Shown here piece by piece: positions 1 to 13,734 of a stretch of 64,000 nt of DNA (position 1 is the stretch's first letter; the number at the start of each line of letters is the position of its first letter). The stretch spans positions 26,722,001 to 26,786,000 of the forward strand of contig NC_043016.1 of NCBI RefSeq assembly GCF_006345805.1, given 5' to 3'. The DNA comes from Octopus sinensis. Lineage: Eukaryota. Position numbers and translations under genes: made by a program. The notes beneath the pieces were generated by a model that worked only from the letters and a program-made list of their open reading frames with translations, was not told the origin of the DNA and did not search any database.

Positions 1-27
1 TGGGAATGTTTCTTTTTTCTGAAATAG

Positions 28-182
28 GCAAAGGAACTTACAGATGGAAAAGCTCTGGAAATATGTACGATGGAGATTGGAGTTTTGATAAAAGAAATGG
101 ATTTGGAACCCTAAGTATTCCAGATGGTCATGGCGGTCTCCGGAAACAGTATGCTGGAGGATGGAAAAACAACAAAACACAT
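28..182 (+). CDS. MORN3: MORN repeat-containing protein 3, internal exon (first in window; upstream exon(s) outside window)
   Basis: Acceptor ttttttctgaaatag|(26-27), donor |gtgaga at 183. 155 nt, phase 1 to 0. (G)KGTYRWKSSGNMYDGDWSFDKRNGFGTLSIPDGHGGLRKQYAGGWKNNKTH aligns by eye to human MORN3 GKGTQVWKKKGAIYEGDWKFGKRDGYGTLSLPD...YSGWWKGDKKS. Confidence 0.93.
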
Positions 183-335
183 GTGAGATAAAAAAAAAAA
201 AAATCTATTATATATGCCATAAGCAAAGTTAAGTATAGATAATATCATAGACACACACACACATGCTGGCATGAAGAATGGACATTAAATGATGATGATA
301 TACCTGCATGTATCTCTCTCTATATATATATGTAT

Positions 336-388
<53 letters not shown>

Positions 389-394
389 CAATAA

Positions 395-1612
395 GAAAAT
401 GGAGGGGATCTATAGGTGGTTCATGAACTTTTAGACATTATATTATGTTAACTTATTTATTTATTTGCTAAACTGACAATTATAACAATATACATACATG
501 TATAACATATGCTTTACATATAAAATATATAACATACAGGAATATATATATATATATATATGGTGAGTTAAGTGAAAGTGAAATAAACATGTAAAGTTAA
601 CACTGAGCAGTACTCAAATAGTTGGGAAGTTAAACACCAACTTCATCATCCGGAGGTAGTGCCTCTGAATTAAAAGTTAGCTATAAGAACTATTCTTATC
701 AAGGTGTTATGTAGGTAGAAAGGCAGATAAACACAGGTAGGAGTAACTTCATCATCCGGAGGTAGTGCCTCTGAATTAAAAGTTAGCTATAAGAACTATT
801 CTTATCAAGGTGTTATGTAGGTAGAAAGGCAGATAAACACAGGTAGGAGTACAAAATACAGGCTACAGAATAAAGAAAAAAATAAAGTAAAACAAGAATT
901 ATCTAAAATCATATCTCAACAGCTGTTTCAGGACAAACGTAACTTACATTACAAGCATATTCATACATAATTTTTGCATGATGTCATAGTTCCAATGAAA
1001 TTGATAAAGTAAGTTAAGCAACCCTCACCAAAATCAAAGTGGCAAATGTGTATTTCATAGCAACGTGTACAAGAGAGGTTTCAAGAGAACAGAATGGGGT
1101 GATGAGGAAGGGGCTCAAGGAAGCTGAGAGAACAGTAAATTGGAAAGAGTAGTTAAGGGGAGATGTGAGATGATGCTATTTGACAAAGACAAGACAGAGA
1201 AGATAAGTTAATAGTTGCTTGAAGAGGTAACATTGTCAGTGTAAAATGGCAGAGGGACCATTGTAGAAACCTCACTGACAAGATAAAACAGTTAAGAACA
1301 ACAGAGACATGTGATAATTAATCGCTATGGTAAGGGAGTAGGGAGTGGTAAAAGAAATTACAGTCAGTAAAAGAGAATTTTAGCTAAGACAATGAGAAGT
1401 AACCATGATTTTATGTAATGGGCAAAAGTCCTGTAGAATTAATGTCAACAAGCAAAGATTACATCAGAGAATTGATTTAGTGAAGAGGTCACATTTTGGT
1501 ATAATACAGCGAGCCATTTCCAGCAACATAATTTACAAATGTGATGATTTGCATTGTAAGGGGTTCCTCCAAAAATTAGAGATCAGGATAAGCTGTAGGA
1601 TATGCCCTGAGT
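395..1612 (-). mobile_element. Highly degenerate CR1/L2-type LINE 3' region
   Basis: Minus-strand fragments faintly resemble RT motifs. The segment at about 395-500 (...tttagacattatattatgt..acttatttatt) recurs at about 48845-48955, so it is a dispersed repeat. Clade call is weak. Confidence 0.3.
639..850. repeat. Exact 106-bp tandem duplication
   Basis: 639-744 and 745-850 are identical (aacttcatcatccggagg...acacaggtaggagt). Confidence 0.95.
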
Positions 1613-1770
1613 TTTGAGGTGTTGTATGGGAATGATGGGGTAAATAGATTGTTTCATTGCCCTATTTGAGAGGAGTTCTTTCTTCTGTATGTTGAATTTT
1701 TTATGCCATATATATATATATATATATACATCTCCAGCCTACTAGTGTTTTCTGCCTTTCTACCTATATA

Positions 1771-2032
1771 TGGCTCCTGTGCAGGTGGCACATAAAAAGC
1801 ACCATTTGAGCATGACCGTTGCCAGTACCACCTGACTGGCCCTCGTGCCGGTGGCACGTAAAAGCACCCACTACACTCTCGGAGTGGTTGGTGTTAGGAA
1901 GGGCATCCAGCTGTAGAAACTCTGCCAGATCAGACTGGAGTCTGGTGCAGCCATCTGGTTTGCCAGACCTCAGTCAAATCATCCAATCCATGCTAGCATG
2001 GAAAGCGGACATTAAACGATGATGATGATGAT
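1771..2032 (+). mobile_element. RTE LINE 3'-end fragment with (GAT)n tail
   Basis: Carries the shared terminus ggtggcacgtaaaagcacccactacactctcggagtggttgg..ttaggaagggcatccagctgtagaaac...catgctagcatggaaagcggac.ttaaacgatgatgat, which follows RT coding sequence in longer copies. Confidence 0.85.
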
Positions 2033-2049
2033 ATGTGTGTGTTACTATC

Positions 2050-2282
2050 TCTTCCTTGTCTTGACATAGTATGATAGTTGTATGCAATTGACTCTATCAT
2101 GCAAGCAATGCAATTTGTTTCCAATCTTCCATGGAAACATGTCTGGCCAGAGAAATATTATCTTACTGAATACAGGTGATGGTTAGTCATAGGAAGGGCA
2201 TCCAGCCATAGAAAATCTGCCTCTATAAATTCCATCCGAACCATGTAAGCATTGAAAAGTGAATGATGATCATGATGACACT
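2050..2282 (+). mobile_element. Older SINE-like element with RTE-type tail (second copy about 7150-7370)
   Basis: Both copies share ...acatgtctggc...ggaagggcatc...aaaatctgcc... and end in a gatga-like tail. No coding capacity. Confidence 0.55.
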
Positions 2283-3047
2283 TAGTTTAGGAATGGGACT
2301 ATACTAGAACTAGCATTTTAACAAATAATTTATGATTTAGAAAACGAACCATTAAAGAAAAAATTTCCCTTTATCTTCTGAAGGGAATGATGTGCCTCTG
2401 CTGCACAGAACTATCAAATTTCATACTGATTGATACCATATATATACTTACATTACTGATTTCAAATTTTGGCATAAGGCCAGCAATTTCGGGGGAGTGG
2501 GTGAGTCAACTATATCTACCCCAGTGATCAATTGATACACAGAACATAAAGTCAAATAAAATACCGATAAGTATTTTGCCCAACATGCTAGTTTTCTTGC
2601 CAGCTCACCGCCTTATATATATATACTTACAAATATGGCACTTACTTACATAAGATGCATTGTTATATCAACTCATCATCAACCATTTGAAACAGCTGTA
2701 AAAATATGACTTGATTACATTATGTAAATTGTATACACATCTTTCCATTTAATTACACTCATTACACCTGTCATCATTTATCTGTCTTTCTACTTCTGTA
2801 CTCCCTCAATTTTCATTGTTCTTCTAGCCAATATTTCTACCTCTCAACTACCTCACCCTGGTGATGCTGCAGTTCAAGATTCTGATCTCTCTAAGTACTA
2901 CTTAGTGACTATCTATATTACACTTAGACTAACATTTTTTCACTCATTGTTTGTGTGTGTGTGCATGTACATTATATAATCTTGTTAATCTACTACTTCA
3001 GTGTTTAGCAAAAAATACACTAAATGGTATGTATTAAATTCTCAAAA

Positions 3048-4242
3048 TATTGGGTTATCCCATAAATAATGCAGTTTTTTTTTATACTTCTTTTATTTTT
3101 CGAAATTAAGATAAACAAAGTTCTTTTTTAATCTAAAATATACTCTCCTTCATTTCCTACAGTGCTCTTCTATCTATCTGGTAGACTTGCAAGGCCCCCT
3201 CTTCCAAAATTCAGTTATCCATGACAAAAAAATACTCCTCCAGTACTGTTCTGACCTCATCTACACAATTCATATTTTTTCTGTCCTAATGATTTTGAAG
3301 AATGCGGAAGAAATGATAATCAGATGGGGCAATGTCTGGCGAATATGGTGGGTGGGGCATCGTTTCCAAACTGCTCCAAGGTGTCTTGAAATCTTCTAGT
3401 GCTGACTTATTCCGCTCAAGTTGCTTGTAGATCTCCTTTGCTATCATTTGGTTTGGGTTTAAAAGTTCAAAGTGAACTAAACCTTTAATATCCCACCAAA
3501 CAGAGAACAACACCATACATGGGTGAAGACCTTTAGCATGAGGTGCTAGTGTTTCTCCGTCCCCTACCCACTGCCTTCAGCACTTAAAATTTTTATAGAG
3601 AACCCATTTCTCATCACTAGTCACTATTTGGACCAAAACTAGTTCATTTGTGACGTGACAGCAAAGAAGAAAACTCATTCACTCTCTATGCATGATTAGC
3701 TTCGGAAAGTTTGTGACAAACCTAGTGACCCAATTTGCTGACTTTTCCGATGGCACACAGGTGTCGATAAACGATTGAATAACCAAATTCAAGCTTCTCT
3801 ACTAGTTCCTCAACAGTTACGATGAGATTTTGTTCCACCGGATTTGTAGGACATTCTTGTCAAACTCTACAGATCTTCCAGGATGAGGTTCATCTTCCAG
3901 GCTGTAGTTTCCAGCTCAGAATTTCTGGAACCACCGTTGACACTGGCTTACACTTATTGTCCGATGCCCATATACTGCATTAATATTCCTCGTACTTTCC
4001 GTTGCGTCGTTGCCTTTATTGAACTCATAAAATATGCTGAATATGCTCCTTTGCCATTTCCATTATAGCTGTGAAAAAAATGCTGTTAAAATAAAACTGC
4101 ACTCTTCAAAACTTGCACTAAGAATAAGATCAAAGTAAAATTACTACTTGCTTTTATAGCAAGTTGATGCAGGTAGTTTATCCCATCCCGTTTTTAGTTC
4201 ACGCAATTAAAAAAAACACATTATTTATGAAATGACCCAATA
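3048..4242 (-). mobile_element. Decayed mariner transposon with both TIRs
   Basis: TA-flanked inverted termini ttgggttatcccataaataatg / cattatttatgaaatgacccaa. Minus-strand VWWDIKGLVHFELLNPNQ and PHPPYSPDIAPSDYHFF are mariner catalytic-domain motifs. About 1.19 kb, disrupted. Confidence 0.85.
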
Positions 4243-4289
4243 TATTCCCATTATGCAAATTATCAACATCATCAGTGGCGCAATACAGC

Positions 4290-4612
4290 AGAAGACAAAC
4301 AAACAAATCACAGAAGTTCGAAGTTACACTTTCCCATATCTAAGCAGACATGACCATGACAGTGACAACTATGGCTTTACGAATTTGTGGCTCCTTCCTG
4401 AACCAAAAACTCATAAAGCCAGTTTCCAAGATTCTGTGGCATGTATATATTTCCCCAGTGGACAAGACTCTGATCCATTGCAGGATTACTCGTTTTTGCC
4501 AGCTGAGTAAACTGGAGCAATGAGAAATGAAGAGTTTTGCTCAAGAGCACATGTTGCCAAGAATTGAAACCACAATCTTACAATTATGAGTACAACTCTA
4601 ACTACTAAACTA
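4290..4612 (-). mobile_element. Degenerate tRNA-derived SINE
   Basis: tRNA-like head on the minus strand near 4550-4610, followed by a conserved-looking core (ttgctcaag...ctgagt..actggagcaa). Confidence 0.45.
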
Positions 4613-4974
4613 ATCAGGTGTTTACTATTAGCTAGTATAACCTTCAACCATCCCCTTGTACATAATCTACCTCTCTAGTTGGGTATTTTGTGTCCCAGTA
4701 CCAACCAATTCAGTTTACAGATAATCTTATAATCATCTAATCTATGGATATATTCAGCTAGTGAAACAGAATGCTTAAGTCCCTGGTTGGAGGAGTACCT
4801 ATGCATAGAAATTCATTGTTTCACAGTGTTAAAATGTGATTCATAATCATTTAATGTCCATTTGAAAACTGGTAAGCTAGAATTTTCTACTCTAGTGTGT
4901 AATTACCTCACATTTAAACACAACATTTGTAAGTATGCATTACCCACCCAGGAAGCAATCCACAGAAGTCTAGC

Positions 4975-5995
4975 AGTTATATCCAGGTGGTGGGGCTTTG
5001 GGGTAGACTAGCTTGTTGGACACTTCCTGTTTGGCAGTGACTGGTGGAATGCATATATGGTGTAGGGCCCAAATTCACACACATACCTAAGGAATTTCTG
5101 GAAGTTTTGCCTGTCCTGTGACCTTTTCTCCTCCCATAGGTTCTCCTGGAGTGGATACTGGGGTGCGCATGATCCAGGTTGGGGTCAACACTAAGGGCAG
5201 CCTCAGAATCTACTGTTTCCCCAAAGCAAGTCCACACATTATGTCTAGCATGCTTCAGCCTATTTGAAACAGCTATAATACTGGCCATGTTTGGTGTGGA
5301 TAGCTTGATTGAATTCTTGTTGAAAATGCTATGGTATCTATACTGAAGGAGGAAAGCTTTTGCAAATATCTAGAAAATGTTTCTGGGTACATTGGTTTTG
5401 GCATTAGATGAGAATTACCTGTCCCCTTCTCTTCTTCTGTCTACCATCATGGTTGATAATCTCCCCATGTGGTAGTCATGGGTCCTCTGTTTAATGCCAT
5501 AAGGGCCCTGTTCTGGGTAATGTGTTGCACTCTATGTGGAACCAGAGTTGCAACACATCCACTCAGTTTTCCCACAATTAGTATGCCTGGAGTCATCACT
5601 GGGCCAGATGGGCTGTGTGCTATCCTGCATGGCGGTCAGGTCATTGCTGTGGTGAGTTGTCCCACTTGATCCACTGGGGTTGGCTTACAGGTTCCAAGGT
5701 CATTTGACTCTTGTTGAGTAGGCAAGCTATTTGGTAAGTTTCCACCACTAGTACTGTGAAGATTCTCCATACCTCTACAGCCCTTCAGAGCCAGTTTAAG
5801 CTTGGTGTCCAGGATAAATTTAATAATATTATTGTATCTGGCTCACATAAAAAACTTATAGCATTCCACATTTTTGCAGAAAACCTGTTCATTGACAAAA
5901 AGATTGGAGACCCTAATCAAGATATTCCTAACTATTCTATTGACAACATAATCTGGGATGGTATAATAGTCTATGAACATAATTGAGGATGTCAT
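4975..5995 (-). mobile_element. Penelope-like element relic (RT thumb/linker region)
   Basis: Frameshifted minus-strand pieces IPDYVVNRIVRNILIRVSNLFVNEQVF, HFLDICKSFPP and HSIFNKNSIKLSTPNMASII resemble the PLE consensus IP..I..R.S..S.NE..F ... HFP..HK+FN+NT+K+SYSCMPNM..II (by eye). Confidence 0.55.
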
Positions 5996-6677
5996 TAGAT
6001 TTGTGATATGAATAATATAACCCTGAATTCAGATCTGATATAATACCTAGAAAGTTACTTTTACTACACTTATAGAAGATGTAGAGAAATCAAAGTTCTG
6101 GAAGAAAGAATATGAATATAGTACACAGAAACTGAAAGAAGTGTGTTGTACACCCTTCAGCTCTTCTCAATTTTTACAGTTGTTGCCTACCTTCCATACT
6201 CTATCCCATTTCCCCTATTTATTGCTCCCCATACACTCTTACAATCCCCCACACACTCACACTCCCAGTTTCTTTGTCCCTACACTTCTACTCACCTAAT
6301 ATATCTTGAGGGACTACCTACCAATATTAATCTCTTTGCAGTCCTTCTGACTCATTCTAGCTCTCTTCCCTGAATGTGATTAGCCACACAGCTCCTCTAC
6401 AACAAAAATTTGCTCTGCCCCATTCTCTTCTTTCATCTGCTAGCATAAAGCATCCAGGCCTCATGGGTTTTGTAGTCTTGCAAGTTGTATGGCATGAAAA
6501 AAAAAAGCACCCAGTACAAACCGTAAAGTACTTGATGACGGGAGGGGCATTCGGTTGTAGAAACCATACCAAAGTAGACACTGGAGTACAATGCAGTCTT
6601 TGAACCCATCAAATCCTGTAAATTTCTCTAACTCATGTTAGTACGGAACATAAACATCAAATGATACTGATGATGAT

Positions 6678-6981
6678 ATGATGTATGTATGTATGTATGT
6701 ATGTATGTATGTATGTGTGTATGTATGTATGTATGTATGTATATATGTGTGTATGTATGTATGTATGTATGTATGTATGTATGTATGTATGTATGTATGT
6801 ATGTATGTATGTGTGTGTGTATGTATGTATGTATGTATGTATGTATGCATGTATGTATGTGTGTATGTATGTATGTATGTATGTGTGTATGTATGTGTGT
6901 ATGTATGTATGTATGTATGCATGCATGTGTGTATGTATGTATGTATGTATGCATGCATGTATGTATGTATGTATGTATGTA

Positions 6982-7012
<31 letters not shown>

Positions 7013-7145
7013 ATGTATGTATGCATGTATGTATGTGTGTATGTATGTATGTATGTGTGTATGTATGTATGTATGCATGCCTGCATGTGTGTATGTATGT
7101 ATCTATATATGTATGTATGTATGTGCATGTGAGTGTGTGTATGTT
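6678..7145. repeat. About 460-bp (TATG)n/(TG)n compound microsatellite
   Basis: Direct reading. It follows the gatgat tail of an old RTE-tailed element (about 6500-6680) and generates the HTYI/MYVC pseudo-ORFs. Confidence 0.97.
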
Positions 7146-7596
7146 TGTGTCTCCTTACCTTGATACCACATGATTGTTGCAAATGAGTATTTCTGTAATG
7201 CAATATTCTATGAGAACATGTCTGGCTAAGGGAGAATATTACTTTGCTTGGAAACAAGTGAGGGTTGGTGAAAGGAAAGGCATCTGGTCACCGAAAAATC
7301 TGCCACAATAAACTCTATCCAGCCCACCACATGGACTGGATGGTGAACATTAGAAATGGTGACAACAACAAAGATTATTTTCAGGTGTATTCATGAGGAG
7401 TGATAGAATTTTTATAATTGTAATTTTCATAATCTTTAGAATTAAAACTTATTAAGAAACTGAATTAGAATAATTAAATTTAAGTTTAAAATTTTATTTT
7501 GTTTTTGTGTGTAAACTGTTTAATGATAACTATCTAAAAATCTATGTAAATAGTTCACTGTCGTTTATCTTTTTCTTTTTCATTTCTATTTCTCAG

Positions 7597-7756
7597 GGAT
7601 ACGGTTCCCATTTTTACCATTCAGATGAATATTATGAAGGTGAATGGTATTGTGGCAAAAGGAGTGGCTGGGGTCGGATGTATTATAATGATGGCGGTAT
7701 TTATGAAGGAGAATGGTATGATGACATGAGAAATGGACAAGGCATGTTGCGCTTAG
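7597..7756 (+). CDS. MORN3: MORN3 internal exon
   Basis: Long pyrimidine tract ending tctcag|, donor G|gtgaga at 7757. 160 nt, phase 0 to 1. GYGSHFYHSDEYYEGEWYCGKRSGWGRMYYNDGGIYEGEWYDDMRNGQGMLRL contains MORN repeats (YEGEW..G...G.G). Confidence 0.95.
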
Positions 7757-7949
7757 GTGAGATGGTTTTCTCTAAAATATTTAACTATATAGGCATAGGC
7801 ATGGTTGTGTGGTAAGAAGTTTTCTTCCCAACTACATGGTTCTGGGTTCACTACCACTGCTTAGTACCTCAGGCAAGTTTTTTTTACTATAGCTCCAGGC
7901 CAACCATAGATGAAACCTATGAAAAACCATAAGTTGTTGTGTGTGTCTA

Positions 7950-8016
<67 letters not shown>

Positions 8017-8030
8017 ATAAATATATATAT

Positions 8031-9606
8031 CATCATCATCATCATCATGTTCATTTAACATTCGCTTCCCATGCTGGCATGGGTTGAACGGTTTGACTGA
8101 GGACTGGCAAGCTAGATGGCTGCACCAGGCTCCAACCTGATCTGGCAGAGTTTCTACAGCTGGATGCCCTTCCTAATGCCAACCACTCCGAGAGTGTAGT
8201 GGGTGCTTTTACGTGCCACCAGCTTAAGGGCCAGTCAGGTGGTACTGGCAACGGCCACACATCCCACCTGCACAGGAGCCAGTCCAGCAACACTGGCAAC
8301 AACCTCACTCAAATGTTGTTTTTCACATGCTACTGGCACAAGTGCCAGTAAGGTGACACTGGTAACAATCATGCTCAAATGGTGCTTTTTATGTGCCACC
8401 AGCATGGGAGCCAGTCAGCGGCCTTGGCAATGATCACGCTCGGATGGTGCTCTTAGCACTCCACTAGCATGGATGCCAGTCATGTGGTACTGTCATAGAA
8501 TTTGATTTTGATTTCACTTGCTCAACAGGTCTTTGCAAGCAGAGTTTAGTGTCCAATGAAGGAAAGGTATGCATAAGTGAGCTGGTTACACCCCTGGCAT
8601 AGGCCACGGATTATTGTCTCACTTGGCTTGCTGGGTCTTCTCAAGCACAGCATATTTCCAAAGGTCTCAGTCATCAGTCATTGCCTTGGTGAGGCCTAAT
8701 GTTCAAAGTTTGCGCTTCACCACCTCATCCCAGGTCTTCCTGGGTCTACCTCTTCCACAGGTTCCCTCAACCACTAGGGTGTGATACTTTTTCACAAAGG
8801 TATCCTCATCCAGCAGAGGTAAGAGCTCTCTGAACTTTGCCCAGGCTATTCTTATTCTAGCAGCTACACATTCAGAGCACCCATCCCTGCTACTGACTTG
8901 GTCACCTAGGTAACAGAAGCTATCAACTACTTCTTGTTTTTCTCCCTGGAATGTGGCATAAGTTGTTCTCTGCACATTTTAAATGTTTATTGCTCCTGAG
9001 CATCTGCTACATACAAAAGCTATCTTCCCAGTTAGCCTTCCTTTGATATTGCTGCACCTCTTATGTGTCCATAGCTTACACTGGGTACATCTTATAAAGT
9101 TTCTACCTACGCCTTTTCTACAGATTAAGCAGGGCCATCTACCTGAAGAGATTTGTGGTTTGTCTGCCTTCCTACTTATTAGGACTTTGGTTTTAGCTAG
9201 GTTGACTCTAAGGCCCTTCGATTCTAATCCTTCCTTCCACACCTGAAACTTCTCTAGTTCTGATAGTGACTCAGCAATTAGAGTAAAGTCATCAGCATAG
9301 GGGAGCTCCTTGAGAACTTTGATAAATAGGAGGGGGCTGAGGACTGAACCTTGGTAGACCCCACTTCTACCTGTACTCGTTGCCAACCCTCACCTTACTG
9401 ACAGCGTCCATGTACATGGCTTGCACAGCTCTCACTAACCATTCATCTATCGCTAGTTTCCTCATTGACCACCAGATAAGGGATTAGGGGACCCTGTCAA
9501 AGGCTTTCTCCATGTCAACAAAAGCCAGATACAGAGGTTTATCTTTGGCTAAGTATTTCTCCTGCAGCTGTCTTACCAGAAATATAGCATCTGTGGTGCT
9601 TTTCCC
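8031..9606 (-). mobile_element. 5'-truncated, internally deleted RTE LINE (RT + 3' UTR)
   Basis: GKSTTDAIFLVRQLQEKYLAKDKPLYLAFVDMEKAFDRVP, GVYQGSVLSPLLF, PYADD, GRWPCLICRKGVG, GRGRPRKTWDEVV; then the UTR array and (CAT)n tail at 8031. Confidence 0.92.
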
Positions 9607-9829
9607 ATATATATATACATACATTACTGCTCTGTACTTTAGAGTATAGTTCTTTTTCCAATATACGATACATTGATGATATATATACACTCACAAGGCT
9701 TTGGTTGGCTCAAGGCTATTGTAGAAGCCGCTTGCCTAGGATGCCATGCAGTGGAACTGAACCTGGAACCACATATATGCACACACACTACACACATATG
9801 AGGAAGTACCCAAAAGAAACTGGAATTTG

Positions 9830-10600
9830 GCAATATTATTTTATTAACTTAGTTTTACATCACCTTCAAAGTATTCTCCATTTGAAGCAATGCATCACTC
9901 CAGACACATTTTCTGCTGCCTGAAGCAGTCCTGGAACTCTAGCAAAGTAATGATTTTTGCACGTCCGTCATTTTTTTTCTTTACCTCTTCCACATCTGCA
10001 AATTCTGTAGCACCAGCTTTCATCACCAGTGATGACCTCCAAAAAAAGAAAGGTCTGATCAACTTCCAATTGTTCTTTCAGTTCAAGACACACAATCAGT
10101 CATGACTGCTTTTGATCTTCCATGAGCAAGCAAGACACAAATTTTACTGCAACTCTTTTCATTCATAATTCCTTGTTCAAAATTCATTGGCAGGAGATCC
10201 AGGACAAGCAGTCATATCAACAAGTTTGTCAACAGTTCAGTGACAGTCCTCCAATATCAGTTCGTGAATTTTCGCGATGTTTTCAATCCATCAGCAGGTC
10301 AGCAATCACCCTGAATAAGGTTGGTCCTCAAGCAACAAGTGCCCATTCCTAAAGCATGGAAACCATTCATAAACTTGTGTTTTGTTCATGGCAGCAGCCT
10401 TATAAGCTGTTTGAAGCATGACAAATGTTTCAGCTGCCGTTTTCCCCAGTAGAAAATAGAATTTCATGGAAGCACACTGTTCCTTCGTTTCAGCCATTGC
10501 AAAAATTGACAAACAGGGAAGAAGCACTGCAAAGCAAAGATGCACCACATAGCAGTATGACCTAACTGAACAATGCTGGTCAGCAGACTGATGCCTGAGG
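9830..10600 (-). mobile_element. Decayed mariner transposase fragment
   Basis: MAETKEQCASMKFYFLLGKTAAETFVMLQTAY...TQVYEWF is a mariner N-terminal HTH; ITGDESWC occurs further on; many disruptions. Confidence 0.75.
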
Positions 10601-10743
10601 GTCACATCGAGTGACTTCTAGTGATGGAAGCCTGAACTACGATGAGTTTGTCCCTCAGAGGTCATTTCTGGTTACCTTTGCACATAAACACATTTACTCT
10701 ACACATACACAACACATACACATTCAAACACCCACATTCATTG

Positions 10744-10780
<37 letters not shown>

Positions 10781-11329
10781 CATGTGCACACATATACATA
10801 TGCACACTACACACAAACAATAGACAACACATACTCTCCACACTCACATACATGCACACACACATACACACAAACATTTTTATTTTCAAGAATCTTGTCC
10901 AAATAATTCTTTCATTTTCAAGACATTTAGTTGGTACTGTAGTTGTTGCCCCATGATGGCACTGACTGACTAAAACCTAGGGTCAAAAGCATTCAAGCCA
11001 TGACCATCTTTTCTTATTTCTTTAACACAGTTGACTACATTATCCGATGTATTATCCCTTTTTTAAAGACAGGAAGATATAATTGGGTATCACTTCTAGC
11101 AGGTCGAATGACTACATGAAGTTCCTAACTATTTGCATTGCCGGAGGATCTGAGATGATATTTTGAGGTGTGCAACAAAGAGCAAAGTATATAGTGTGTA
11201 TACTGTATTATAATTACTTTCTAGAATAAAATTACTAAGTCACTCTTAAGAATACTTTTATTCTACTAAGCACACAAAGAACTTTAAATGTAGGTTTAAT
11301 TGTTAAAAGATTATGACCATAACTGTATC

Positions 11330-11680
11330 TTCATTGTATTTAAGATGACATACTTATGTGAACATGGATTCAATTGTCTTTTATTAATCAAGACAAAATC
11401 TAAAAATATCCTGAATCCACAGTCAAGCCTAAGAAAGATCCATGATTTGATAAAATCAGAATTTATAAGCCAAAACAAAGAAGTCATTGAATTTATCTTC
11501 ACAATTGAGATTGATTTTACTGTTTAACATATTTTTTTTACTAATTGATCAATTTACATTTACATTTTATGCACTGTATCCGCAGCTTTTTTTATTTTCT
11601 TCAATTTTTTCAGTGATATTAGTTTTGTAATAAAATTCTTCCTAGGGGTATAAGGCATTAAAACGGTTGGTAACCACCAT
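11330..11680 (+). mobile_element. hAT (Charlie/Buster-like) 3' remnant
   Basis: TYLCEHGF..LLLIKTKSKNIL resembles the hAT C-terminal dimerisation motif. The end aaaacggttggtaaccac resembles Charlie-type termini. Confidence 0.5.
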
Positions 11681-11848
11681 TACAGAATATTTGTAATTGT
11701 CTTAAGATCTCTCTAGATCATGATTATCAGAGAAGTTTTCTAAATATTTTCATTTATAAATATTCTGAATGTTGTACAATGTTGTGGTCCTTGTTGTTAT
11801 TGTTAATTAACTCTAAATTTGTTAGGTCTTCTGTTTATTGTTTTGTAG

Positions 11849-12033
11849 CAAATGAAAACCGTTATGAAGGCATGTGGCAAAAAGACATGAAAAACGGCAG
11901 AGGAAAGTTCTTCTTTCTTGACTCTGGCCAATTGTATGAAGGTGTTTGGGTTGATGACATACCAAAGTGTGGAACAATGATTGATTTCAGTAGAGACAGT
12001 GCTCCTTACCCAACTAAATATCCTATACCTCCG
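11849..12033 (+). CDS. MORN3: MORN3 internal exon
   Basis: Acceptor ttgttttgtag|, donor CCG|gtaata. 185 nt, phase 1 to 0. (A)NENRYEGMWQKDMKNGRGKFFFLDSGQLYEGVWVDDIPKCGTMIDFSRDSAPYPTKYPIPP contains the MORN3-typical KCGTMIDF.R..AP.PT..PIP motif. Confidence 0.95.
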
Positions 12034-13734
12034 GTAATATTTTATATTTGATATTCCATCATATAATATATTTTTTGATTGCCTATATGACATATGACCA
12101 TTTGTCATTTAACTGCAAAAAGGCAGGTTAGATTTTAGCTATAGTTTTGCCTGCAACAGAAAGGACTATACAAGAAACACCTTTCTCTTGCAAACATTTG
12201 AGACACATCACTTGTTTGAAGATACCTCCCTCCTTTCCTTCCTCTCACACACATAGTTTTGGAGGTTCTTCTGTAGTCATGCACTGTCTTCCTATCTAAC
12301 TAAAATATGAAATATAATTACCAACCATCTTGTGAACAAAACAACCAAACCAACAACCACATGATTTTTTTTCATATATCATCATTATGATCATCATTAT
12401 CACCACCACCAACAACATTTAATGCCTGTTTTCCATGTTAGCATGGGCTGGATTACTTAACATGAACCAGCAAGGCCTGGGATTGCACCAGGTTCCATAG
12501 ACTGTTTTGGCTTGGTTTCTACAGCTGGATGCTCTTCCTAATGCCAACTGCTTTACGGAGTGTACTGGGTGCATTTTACATAGCACCATCACCAGTGCTT
12601 TTTATGTAACACCATCACCTATGATTTTTACATGGCACCATCACCAGTGCTTTTTACGTGACACCAGCACCTACACCAATAGTTTTTATGTGGCACCTTG
12701 GTTTTAGGATCTCAGTTCTGTTATAGTGAGTAGGTCTAATTGTTAATTTATGTTATATTTGTTGTTATACTCTTTTTGTTGGTATACTTTATATTTATTT
12801 GCATATGTGATATCTTTTGATATAGTTTTTTGGCATGGGGGCTCCATCTGTGTCTCACATCTTGGGTCAGTGGCTTCTTGTTAGATTATAGAGTTGTATG
12901 CACATGGAACTGTTGCTGACCGACATTCTAACACATCCAGTTTGCCTCAAAGTCTAGTTTTGTTCTGTATTCTTTCTTTTATACATTAACAACCTAGTTA
13001 TTACTGTCACCTCCAGTAATGCTTACTCTTGTGCAGATAATACAACACTGTTCATCAATATTTTCTGCTTTTTTTTAAAGATGGAAGGAGATCTTTGGAT
13101 ATTACTTCTAGCAGGTCAATTGGTTACACACTGCAAGGGTCCTCAACTTTGGCTTGTTTGCACCTCAATGTGAGATGATATTACAGTGAATGCAACAAAG
13201 GGAAAATTCCCAAATATCTGAATCAAAACACAAAAAAAAAAACTAACAACAAATCGTGTTGAAACACCACATACCAAACCAACACTGCCTACATGTGCAT
13301 AAATTTCAAAACTTATATTCTCCAATGAGATCACGTCAATCTTGTTTTCTTCAATAGCAGCACAAAGACATAATCACATTACATATACTACATCCACCCT
13401 TAAACATGAGCAACATACAGCTGAAAACTTCAGAATTACTACAAATGCTAGAGTTCCACTGTCACTGAGGATCATGCATCCTCAAATATATATTTAAAAC
13501 TACATGACAAATACTGACCTTCTTTAGATCCAGAAAATACTTCAACTCCTAAAACCTACTAAACACCTATTACAATGACCACAAGGTTCTAGCAATGGGA
13601 GTAATGATCTTCCTGTGTTGGTCTCACCTAAGTTAGGTAGAAAGACAGTGCACAATTCTAGAACATTAAGAATATCTACAAATGAAAATATTTAGAAAAT
13701 TTCTTTAATAATCATGTTATAGAATGATTCTAAA

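Noticed and set aside
6628-7257. Long ORFs such as HTYIHTYI and MYVCMYVC on both strands
   Set aside because: They are translations of a stop-free (TATG)n microsatellite. The same applies to the many YIYI, THTH and CVCV ORFs elsewhere.
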